Assembly (NCBI GenBank): GCA_035541475.1
Contig: DATKND010000025.1
Span: 4,377-68,376 of the forward strand
Direction: 5' to 3'
Source: Myxococcota bacterium
Lineage (GTDB): Bacteria > Myxococcota_A > UBA9160 > SMWR01
Length of the DNA: 64,000 bases
Shown: positions 1 to 8,600 of the stretch, piece after piece
Layout: each line of letters starts with the position of its first letter
How positions within the stretch are numbered: position 1 is the stretch's first letter
Notes under the pieces: generated by a model
Seen by the model: only the letters and a program-made list of their open reading frames with translations
What the model was told of the DNA's origin: nothing
Database searches by the model: none
Made by a program: the position numbers and the translations under genes

Positions 1-1
1 G

Positions 2-1384
2 AGCGGACCCGGCCAATCGGTCTTCGACGAGCGCATGGCCTCCGAAGGACTCCTCTTCACGATCCGCACGGAGGACGGGCAGCGCATCGGCGTCTGGACC
101 GGCCGGCTCTCGGGCGTCGTGAAGGTCGTGCACGGCTTCCGCGTGCAGACGAGCCCCGTGCGCGTGGCGCTGCCGCTGCAGGCGCCGCAGGAGCCGCCCC
201 GCGAGATCGTCGCGACCTACACCGCCGCGACCACGGACCTGCCGGTGCACGCCGCCGAGATCCAGGCGGAGATCGCGCGCCAGCCGCTCGCCAGCCCGCG
301 CGACCCCGTCGCGCGCGTGCGCACGCTCTTCACGCTCGTTTCCGAGGAGATCGGCGCCGCGGCGACCGGCAGCGACGACGCCGTGCTGACGCTCGCCGCG
401 CGCGAGGGCAGCCCGCGCGGGCGCACGCTCCTGTTCACCACCCTGCTGCGCGCCGCCGGCATCCCGGCGCGCGTCGTGCAGGGGCTCGCGCTGCGCGGCG
501 CGGCGGCGGTCCCGACGGAGTGGAGCGAAGCCTGGATCGACGAGCGCTGGGTGCCGCTCTCTCCCGTCGCCGGCTTCTTCGCGGAGCGGCCCGACGGGCT
601 CGTGGCGCTCCACACCGGCGAGCAGGTCGGCATCGAGGCGACCGGCTCCGAGGCGATCGGCTGGCGCTACCACGCGCTGCGCGAGAGCCTGCGCCAGGAA
701 GAGCTGGCGGCGATGATGGTCCCGCCGAACCCGGTGCTCGCGCGCCTCTCGCTCTACCGGCTGCCGGTGCCGACGCAGGCCGCGCTGCGCGCGCTCCTGC
801 TGCTGCCGCTCGGCGCGCTGATCGTCGTGTTCTTCCGCAACGGCGTCGGCGTCGAGACCTTCGGCACCTTCATGCCGGTGCTCGTCGCGTTCGCGTTGCG
901 CGAGGCCTCGCTCGGGCGCGGACTCTTCATGGTCGCGGTGGTGGTGCTGCTCGCGATCCTGCTGCGGCTCGCGCTCGAGCGGCTGCGCCTGCTGCTGGTG
1001 CCGCGCCTCGCGGTGCTGCTCTGCGTGGTCGTGCTGGCGATCACGGGGCTGACGCTCCTCGGCACGATCGGCGGCGGCGAGCTCTACTCCGCCGTGCTCT
1101 TCCCGATGGTGATCCTCACGATGTTCGTCGAGCGCTTCACGCTCGTGATGGCGGAAGAAGGCGTGCGCCAGGCGCTCGTGCGCGCCGCGTGGACGACCCT
1201 GGTCGCGGTCGCGGTCTTCCCGACCTTCCACAGCGCGGTGGCCGAGCATCTGATGTTCGGGTTCCCCGAGCTGATCTTCGTCGTGATCGGCGTACTGATC
1301 TGGGTCGGCGGCTACACCGGATATCGCCTGCTCGACCTGCTGCGCTTCCGCGCCTTCGCGCGGGCGCCGGAGAGCCACGCGTGA
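2..1384 (+). CDS. Inactive transglutaminase-like domain fused to a 7TM membrane domain (5' end probably outside window)
   Basis: The frame is open to the window edge, with no stop upstream of ATG 35, and there is no signal or TM segment after Met35. A transglutaminase-like core (TLLFTTLLRAAGIPARVV ... WSEAWIDERWVPLSP) lacks the catalytic Cys. About 7 hydrophobic helices follow. GTGA stop/start overlap with the next gene. Confidence 0.75.
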   Translation, partial: SGPGQSVFDERMASEGLLFTIRTEDGQRIGVWTGRLSGVVKVVHGFRVQTSPVRVALPLQAPQEPPREIVATYTAATTDLPVHAAEIQAEIARQPLASPRDPVARVRTLFTLVSEEIGAAATGSDDAVLTLAAREGSPRGRTLLFTTLLRAAGIPARVVQGLALRGAAAVPTEWSEAWIDERWVPLSPVAGFFAERPDGLVALHTGEQVGIEATGSEAIGWRYHALRESLRQEELAAMMVPPNPVLARLSLYRLPVPTQAALRALLLLPLGALIVVFFRNGVGVETFGTFMPVLVAFALREASLGRGLFMVAVVVLLAILLRLALERLRLLLVPRLAVLLCVVVLAITGLTLLGTIGGGELYSAVLFPMVILTMFVERFTLVMAEEGVRQALVRAAWTTLVAVAVFPTFHSAVAEHLMFGFPELIFVVIGVLIWVGGYTGYRLLDLLRFRAFARAPESHA

Positions 1385-2337
1385 GGATCCTGCGCGCGCT
1401 GCGCCGCCACGGCGTGCTCGGCATCAACCGGCGCAACATCGACTTCACGCTCCGTTGGAACGCGCGTCGCCTCTACCCCCTCGTCGACGACAAGCTCACG
1501 ACCAAGGAGCGCTGCCAGAGCGCCGGACTCCCGGTGCCGGCGCTGCTCGCCGTGGCGCGCCACCACTTCGAGATCCCCCGCCTGCTGCGCGAGATCGCGA
1601 GCCTCGACGCCTTCGCCTTGAAGCCGTCCCACGGCGCGATGGGCAACGGCATCCTGGTCGTGCACGCGCGCTGCGGCGCGCGCTACCAGCTCGCGGGCGG
1701 ACGCCGGCTCGACGAGGACGACCTTCGCTACCACGCGGCCAGCATCATCTCGGGCCTCTACGCGCTCGGCGGTCGGATCGACGACGCCTTCGTCGAGGAG
1801 CGCATCGCGGTCCATCCGAAGCTGGAGAGCGTCGCCATCGACGGCCTGCCCGACCTGCGCGTGATCGTATTCCGCGGCGTGCCCGTGATGTCGATGACGC
1901 GGCTCCCCACGCGGCGCTCGGGCGGCCGCGCGAACCTCCACCAGGGCGCCGTCGGCGCCGGGATCGACCTCGCGAGCGGCCGCTTCATCCACGCCGTGCA
2001 GGACAACCTCCCGGTCTCGCGACACCCCGACACCGACCAGCCGCTGATCGGCCTCGAGATGCCGCACTTCGAGCAGGCGCTCGAGATCGCGGTCGCCGCC
2101 ACCGATCTGACGGGGCTCGGCTACGTCGGCGCCGACGTGGTGATCGACGCGGCGCGCGGGCCGCTGATCCTCGAGCTGAATGCGCGGCCCGGTCTCGCGA
2201 TTCAGCTCGCGAACCTCGCCGGATTGCTGCCGCGGCTCGAGGCGGTCGATGCGCGGCTCGAGCCGGGGCTCTCCCTGGCCGCGCGCATCGCGCTCGGGCG
2301 CGAGGTCGCGCAGGGCGCGCTGAGGCTCTGCGCTTGA
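1381..2337 (+). CDS. Alpha-L-glutamate ligase-like (RimK-related) ATP-grasp protein
   Basis: GTG 1381 overlaps the upstream stop. GVLGINRRNIDFTLRWNARRLYPLVDDKLTTK, FALKPSHGAMGNGILVV and LELNARPG match the ATP-grasp family that normally partners 7TM-transglutaminase proteins. Confidence 0.85.
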   Translation: MRILRALRRHGVLGINRRNIDFTLRWNARRLYPLVDDKLTTKERCQSAGLPVPALLAVARHHFEIPRLLREIASLDAFALKPSHGAMGNGILVVHARCGARYQLAGGRRLDEDDLRYHAASIISGLYALGGRIDDAFVEERIAVHPKLESVAIDGLPDLRVIVFRGVPVMSMTRLPTRRSGGRANLHQGAVGAGIDLASGRFIHAVQDNLPVSRHPDTDQPLIGLEMPHFEQALEIAVAATDLTGLGYVGADVVIDAARGPLILELNARPGLAIQLANLAGLLPRLEAVDARLEPGLSLAARIALGREVAQGALRLCA

Positions 2338-2345
2338 AGCGCGCG

Positions 2346-3662
2346 ATGCTGTGGCTGGTGCTGCTCGGCGCCGCCGGCGGGGTGCGCGCGCAGGAGAGTC
2401 CCGTGAGCACCTACGCCCTGCTCTACGACGTCCGCATCGCGCCGTCCGAGCGCGCCGCCGAAGTCGCGATCCACCTGACGGACCCGTCTCACCTCCTGCA
2501 CTGGGTGCGCTTCGACATCGACCCGAAGCGCCAGCTCGACTGGAAGGGCGACGGCCAGGTCCATGTCGAAGGCAACACCGTCGAGTGGACACCACCGAAG
2601 CTCGGCGGCGTGCTCCGCTACAGCTTCCGCATCGACCGGCTCCGCGATGCGCAGAGCTACGACGCCCGCTGCTCCGAAAACTGGGCGATCTTCCGCGGCG
2701 ACGACCTGGTGCCGCCCGCACGCGTGCGCAGCCACGCGGGCAGCGAGTCGCGCGCGCTCTTGCGCCTGCGCCTGCCGAAGGGATGGATCTCCGTCGTGCC
2801 CTGGCGGCTCGCCGCCGACGGCAGCTACGCCGTCGAGAATCCGGACCGACACTTCGACCGGCCCGTCGGCTGGATCGGGGTCGGGCGGCTGGCGGTCGCG
2901 CGTGAGACGGTGTCCGGCGTGCGGCTCGCGATCGCGGGCCCGCAGAAGCAGCGGGTGCCGCGCCTCGACCGCCTGGCACTGCTGCGCTGGACCTTGCCCG
3001 AGCTGCGCGGCGTGCTCGGCGCCTCGATGCCCGAGCGCATCGTCGTGCTCGGCGCCGGGGACCCGATGTGGCGCGGCGGACTCTCCGGTCCACACTCGAT
3101 GTTCCTGCACGCGAGCCGACCGCTGATCGACAGCGACGGCACGAGCCCCTTGCTGCACGAGCTCGTGCACGCGTCGCTCCGCATCCAGCCCGGCGAGCGC
3201 GGCGACTGGATCGTCGAGGGCGTGGCCGAGCTCTACTCGCTCGAGCTGCTGCGGCGCTCGAAGACGGTCTCGAAGCGGCGCTACGAGCACTCGCTGGCGC
3301 GGCTGGCCGAGCGCGGCAGCCACGTGCAGCAGCTCGAGGGGCCGCACTCGACGGGCGACACGACGGCGAAGGGGGCGACCGTCCTGCATGCGCTCGACCT
3401 CGAGATCCGGCAGCTATCGGGCGGCGCCGCGAGCCTCGACGGCGTCGTCCTGAAGCTCGCCGAGCAGGGCGGCACCGTGGACACGCAGCGCCTGCGCGCG
3501 CTCTCCGAGCAGGTCGCCGGCGCGAGCCTCGAGCGCTTCTTCGCGAAGAATCTCCCGTCGGCGGGCAAGGCGCCGGCAGGCGCGCCGAAGCCGGCCGCGA
3601 CCGAGCCCGAGTCGGGCCCGAGCCCGACCGAGGCTCCGCCGGGCGACGAGCCGAAGCCTTAG
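2346..3662 (+). CDS. Secreted gluzincin-like metallopeptidase with Pro/Ala-rich tail
   Basis: ATG lies 8 nt after the upstream stop. Signal peptide MLWLVLLGAAGGVRAQ. HELVH is followed by WIVEGVAE (M1-like WxxEGxA third-ligand box). Low-complexity C-terminus. Confidence 0.7.
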   Translation: MLWLVLLGAAGGVRAQESPVSTYALLYDVRIAPSERAAEVAIHLTDPSHLLHWVRFDIDPKRQLDWKGDGQVHVEGNTVEWTPPKLGGVLRYSFRIDRLRDAQSYDARCSENWAIFRGDDLVPPARVRSHAGSESRALLRLRLPKGWISVVPWRLAADGSYAVENPDRHFDRPVGWIGVGRLAVARETVSGVRLAIAGPQKQRVPRLDRLALLRWTLPELRGVLGASMPERIVVLGAGDPMWRGGLSGPHSMFLHASRPLIDSDGTSPLLHELVHASLRIQPGERGDWIVEGVAELYSLELLRRSKTVSKRRYEHSLARLAERGSHVQQLEGPHSTGDTTAKGATVLHALDLEIRQLSGGAASLDGVVLKLAEQGGTVDTQRLRALSEQVAGASLERFFAKNLPSAGKAPAGAPKPAATEPESGPSPTEAPPGDEPKP

Positions 3663-4402
3663 AACGTCGCGAGCAGCTTGCGCTGCACGATCTCGTTCAC
3701 GGAGTCGGCGACCGCGGGCACGGCCGGGTTGTTGCGCGCGCTGATCACGTCGAGGTGCGCGAAGCCGGTGAGGATCACGATGTGCTCGTCCGCCGGCGGG
3801 GTCGCGATCGAGGCGAGGTAGCGCTGGAAGGACTTCGGCTCCGGCGCGAGGCCGTTCGATCCGCCGATCGCGAGCATGGGCACGTTCACGTTCGCGTTCT
3901 GCGTGATCACGAGCGGGCCCTCGTCCGCGGGATTCTCGGCGAGCGACTCGGCCACGAGCGCGCTCGAGTCGTTGCCGTAGGAGAAGTCGAGGTTCGGCCG
4001 GCCCGACGCGAAGTACCACTCGAGTCCGTTGCCCTTGCCGACCTGGGTCAAGAAGAAGTCGGTCAGGCTCGTGACCTCGGCCTCGCGTCCGTTGTCGCGC
4101 GGAGGCGCCGTCGGATCCGCGGGATTCGAGGGCGGCCCGTTGTCGAGGATCGCGCAGCCGGGCGACACGTTCGCGGTGTTGGGCGGACAGGTCGGAAGGC
4201 TCGGATCGTCGAACTCCTTCCAGGTGCGCCGCGCGCCGCCGGGCGCCGGGCCCGCGAGATAGAACGGGGCGAAGCCCGTCAAGGTCGTCAGCGAGTTCGG
4301 ACCGTTGTCGCTGAAGCCGACCGACGCGCGGAAGGCGATCGGCGAGAAGTCGTCGTCGATGAAGAGACCGCCCACCGCCACCGCAAGGCGGCGATGCCCC
4401 AA
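3659..4402 (-). CDS. Alpha/beta-hydrolase C-terminal-like ORF, possibly a 5'-truncated remnant
   Basis: TTG-initiated 247-aa ORF. The C-terminal LTGFAHLDV (catalytic-His-like) and VPMLAIGGSNG read like the distal half of a lipase/esterase fold. There is no GxSxG nucleophile elbow and no signal peptide, and the upstream sequence is occupied by another gene. Confidence 0.4.
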   Translation of the reverse strand: MGHRRLAVAVGGLFIDDDFSPIAFRASVGFSDNGPNSLTTLTGFAPFYLAGPAPGGARRTWKEFDDPSLPTCPPNTANVSPGCAILDNGPPSNPADPTAPPRDNGREAEVTSLTDFFLTQVGKGNGLEWYFASGRPNLDFSYGNDSSALVAESLAENPADEGPLVITQNANVNVPMLAIGGSNGLAPEPKSFQRYLASIATPPADEHIVILTGFAHLDVISARNNPAVPAVADSVNEIVQRKLLATF

Positions 4403-4440
4403 CTTGTACCGCGGGCGGGAGCCGGATCAACCGGAGGCGA

Positions 4441-5586
4441 TCAGAACCCCGACTCGGCCTCCTCCTGGTCCGCCGGCGTCGGCGCGTTCTTCGGGGTCTT
4501 CGGCGGCTTGTGCGTCCACGGCCGCTGCGGGGGCTCTGCCGGCTGTTCGCTCGACGCGCCCGACGCCGGTGCGGCAGATGCCTCTTTCGCGGTCGCCTTC
4601 GCGGGCTGCGAGGGCGCGGCCGTAGTCACCTGCTGCGTCTGGTACGAGAGCTGGAGCGCGAAGCGGTACGTCGAGGAGCCGCCGAAGAGATCCTGGACCT
4701 CGATCTCGACGTCGTGCGTGCCCGCGCCATCCGCAGGCGGCTGCCACGTCACCTTGCCGTCGTCGAAGCCGACGGTCATGCCGCGCGGCCCCTTCACCAG
4801 GCGGTAGCGGAAGGTGGAGTCGCCGTCGGGGTCCTCGGTCTTCAGCGTGTAGCGGAAGATGCCGTCCGCCGAGATCGGACCCGGCTCGGACACCACGCGC
4901 GGCGGCGCGTCGACGACGGGGATCGGCGGGCTCACGACCGGCTCGCTCTCGGCGTCGCCATCGCTCGCGATCACCTCGAGCACGATCTGGTCGCCGCGGT
5001 GGAAGTGTTCACCGGAGAGTGTCGGTCCATCGACCGGCACGCTCTCGCCATTCACCATCCAGTGATAGCGGTACTCGATCTCGCCGCCATCGGGATCCGT
5101 CGCGCGCGGGGTCGCCGTGATGTCGACGCCCGCGCTGACCTTGCCCTCGGGCTGCATGCCAACCGTCACGATCGTCGGCGGCAGGTTGCCGACGCGCGCG
5201 GTCGCCGTCTGCGGAGCGCTCTCGCCGTGCTCGTCGTGCGCGACGACGGTCACCTCGATCGCGCTCTCGCGCGGGAGCTTCTCGACGTGGAGCGCCGACT
5301 TGCCCTCCGCCTCGGGCAAGGTGCGGCCGCCCGCGCGCCAGTGATAGTCGAAGCGGATCGGATCGCCGTCGGGATCGTGCGCCTGGACCTGCGCCTGCAC
5401 CGTCTCGCCCGGACGCGGGCGGCTCGGCACGAGGGTCACCTCCTCGATCACGGGCGGACTGTTCGTGGACGCGGACGCCGCGTCCCCTCCGGACGGTTTC
5501 TCCGCAGCCGGCGCGGCGGGCTCGCTGCCGCATCCCTGCAGCAGGAGCCAGCCGCACAGCGCCGCCGGCGCCACCACTCGTCGCAT
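4441..5586 (-). CDS. Lipoprotein with three tandem Ig/cadherin-like repeats and a Pro/Lys/Ala-rich tail
   Basis: ATG 5586 is preceded by GGAGGGGG. Lipobox LLLQGC. Two about 90-aa repeats share DPDG(D/G)xIx(F/Y)xYHW, and the third has DPDGDSTFRYRLVKGPRGMTV...VTWQPP (He_PIG/cadherin-like). It is the last gene of the minor-pilin operon. Confidence 0.75.
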   Translation of the reverse strand: MRRVVAPAALCGWLLLQGCGSEPAAPAAEKPSGGDAASASTNSPPVIEEVTLVPSRPRPGETVQAQVQAHDPDGDPIRFDYHWRAGGRTLPEAEGKSALHVEKLPRESAIEVTVVAHDEHGESAPQTATARVGNLPPTIVTVGMQPEGKVSAGVDITATPRATDPDGGEIEYRYHWMVNGESVPVDGPTLSGEHFHRGDQIVLEVIASDGDAESEPVVSPPIPVVDAPPRVVSEPGPISADGIFRYTLKTEDPDGDSTFRYRLVKGPRGMTVGFDDGKVTWQPPADGAGTHDVEIEVQDLFGGSSTYRFALQLSYQTQQVTTAAPSQPAKATAKEASAAPASGASSEQPAEPPQRPWTHKPPKTPKNAPTPADQEEAESGF

Positions 5587-5615
5587 GGATCCCCCTCCGC
5601 GGTCCGTGTGCCCGC

Positions 5616-8600
5616 TCAGCGCTCCCGCCACGAGCGGACCTTGATGCCGCTCGACGGGCAGGCGCCCGGGCTGTTGTTGTAGAGGCCGCCATCGCTGGTC
5701 ACGAGCACGAGCTTGTTGCCGCAGTCGGTTCCGCCACCGCCACCGCCACCGCCGCCGCCACTGCCGCTGCCCGCGGACACGCGCGGGCGCGTCGGCAGAC
5801 CGGAGCCGATCGCGATGCGGCGATCCTCCTGGGTGTTCGCGTTCGTCGGCCACACGCCGAGCGCGCAGTCGATGTCGAAGGAATAGAGATAGGAGGTGCC
5901 CGAGCCGGAGCAGATGTCCGTCGAGGCCGGGTCGCGCTGCAGGAACGAGCCGGTGAACACCTTGTTGAGGAAGATCGTGCTGTTCGAGACGAACTTCTCC
6001 GCGTCGCGGCCGACGATGTAGTAGCCCTTCTTGGTGGTGTTCATCGTCGCGCAGGGGATCGGCGAGCTCGCATCGAAGTTGGCGAGGTCGCCCTCCCCGG
6101 TGCAGGTGCCGCCGCAGTCCTCGACGATGCGGCCCGTGTACCGGTTCGGGAACGTCCCGATGGTCTCCTCTGGATCCGTGTCCTTGACCACGTAGAAGCG
6201 GTTGTTGTTCTTGCAGGCGGTCGGCATCGGCGACGCGATCGGGAACGTGCAGCCGTCGCTGTAGACCGCCGCCGAACCGATCGGATTGGCGCGCTCGCCC
6301 GCGCCGAAGGCCAGCACCAGATTGCCGTCTCGCATCGCGCCGGTCGGCGGGAAGAAGAAGCTCTGGTAGTGGACGCTGGCGCTGTACGCCCCGCCCGACA
6401 TCTCCGCCGGCGGCTCGGTCGTGGCTGCGCCGCGGAACCACAGCCGGAAGGGCCACTGCGGCTGCGCGGTGTTCTTGAAGCCGGTCGCGCCGTTGATGGT
6501 GTCGTCGCCCGGCGCCGTCACCACCCACTTCCACATGTTGCCGCCGAGGTCGCCGATGTAGATCACGTCGGCGAAGCCGTCGAAGTCGAGGTCGAAGACG
6601 GCCGGCGACGACGCGATCGAGTATCGCATCTCCGTGTAGAGCTGCTGCTCGCTGGTGGCCGCCGTCATGGTCGGCGTGGCGGTCGCGCTGAAGGCCTTCT
6701 TCGCGAGCACCTCGCCGGTGTTGATGTCCACCATGTAGATGACGCGGCCCTTCTGCGACGTCGCGACGTAGCCCGTGCCGTTGGGATCGCCTTCGATGGA
6801 GTAGCCGCCGCCGAACACCGCGACCCAGCGCTCGTAGTGATCGGCCGCGTTGTTGACGCGGACCTTCACGCGCGTGATCACGGGCTCGGACCACGTGTTG
6901 CCCATCCACGCGGTCTCGCCCGCGGTGCCCGGATTGACGCCGTTGATCGGGTCCTCGACCGGGAAGCCCCACAGGTAGCGGGGATAGGTCGTGGTCGTGG
7001 TCGCGGCGCTCGCCGGCGGGCTCGTGATGTCCATCGCGAAGTACTGCGAGCCGCCGTCGCGCAGGCCGGCCATGAGCACCGTGCGCCACTGCGCCACCAC
7101 CTTCGAGACGGCCGTCGAGTTCACCGTCGTCAGGTTGCTGCCCGAGGTGTTGCGGTTGAACCAGACGTCCGCCACGACGGGTGAGCCGTCCACGTTCACC
7201 GCCGTGCGCAGGCCGGTCACCGTCTTGACCAGGTTCTTGACCGTCTTGCGGATGGTGTAGGGCATGAAGCCCATCAGCTCCTGGCCGGTGCCGCGGTCGT
7301 AGCGCGGCGGGACGAGCGGCGTCACGCCGTCGGTGTCGACCGTCTGCCAGGTGCCGGCATGGAAGGCGTGCAGGAAGCCGTCGTTCGCGCCGGCATAGAT
7401 CACGCGCGTGCGCGTGCGGTTGGTCGTCGCGAAGGTCTGATAGGTCGCCTCGCCGATCGGCGCGTTCGGCGAGCCCACGACCACCGGGTTCGAGTGGAAG
7501 ATGTCGCCGAGGTAGAGCGGGCTGCCATTGTTGTCGACGCGCGTGGTGCAGCCCGTGGCGGCGAAGGTGCAGCCGCGCAGATTCTGGATCAGCGCGGACG
7601 CAGCGCCCGTCGTCGTGTTGTCGGGGCTGACCAGCGAGCTGTACGGCACCACGCTGAGGTCGCCGCTCACCATCCCGAACCAGGTCGCGGCGGTCGACGC
7701 GGGCGACGGAATGTTGAAGGCCGTCGGCTGCGCGAAGATCGCCGTGTTGCCGAGCTCGACGTAGAGCTTGCGGCTCGCGGGCGCGGGCATCTGGTCGGCG
7801 GCGTCCCAGTAGGCGTTCGCGGTCGTGCGCAAGGTGCCGTCGGACGGGCACGGCGGGACCGCCGTCGAGCTGACGCCGACGGCGCAGTGACCATCGGCGG
7901 TCAGGATGTCGCCGGTCTGCGAGAAGTTGAAGTCCTTCAGGTGACCTTCCCAGTACCAGGTGTTGGACGCCGGCACGAAGTAGGCGGTGTAGAAGTTCTC
8001 CGCGCTCGTCGTCCGGCTCGCCGGCACGGCGGCCGAGGTGAAGGCCTGGGCCTTGTTGAGGATGTCCTCGATCGCGGCCACCAGCGAGTCGATCATGTCC
8101 TGGGCAGACCAGGCCGCCCTGAAGAGACCGTTGCCGTTCGTAGCGGTGTGCTGGAGCAGCGCATTCGCGACCGGGTCCGTCGCGAGGCCGATCGTGTAGA
8201 CGTCGATGTGCTGGTTGCCCGTGAGATCGGGGCGGATGTCGATGTCCTGCACCGCCTTCGCGATGTCGTCGAGGTAGCCGGTGGCGTCGGTGGCCTGGAA
8301 CGGCGGGTTGCCTTCCTCGGGCGTCGAGTCCGTGCCGATGTCGAGCGCGCCGGTCAGGTCGGGCGCGTAGTCGCCGACGAGCTGGCTGCGGAAGACGGAG
8401 AAGCCCTGCGTCTCGTTGCCCGACGTGGTGAAGTTGTCACCGGACGGCTGACCGTCGGTGATGATGACGATGAAGTTCTTCTGACACGCCTGCTGCACGG
8501 GATCCGGCGGCCAGCTCGACGCCGTCGTCGTGTAGGAGCCGTCGGTCATGTTGTACTTGTAGGCGGGGAAGCGAGTCGTGCCGGTGTTGCCCGGCGCCAC

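Noticed and set aside
1312-3093. 593-aa minus-strand ORF, with many similar long ORFs (for example 14615-16114, 23375-25246, 41887-45282, 48951-51251, and the upstream parts of 4441-7851, 36166-39090, 37054-39933, 39036-42194 and 37587-41864).
   Set aside because: The translations are Arg/Ala/Pro/Gly-dominated low-complexity strings, typical of off-frame or antisense reading of 70% GC coding DNA. Each overlaps a gene with clear family motifs in another frame.
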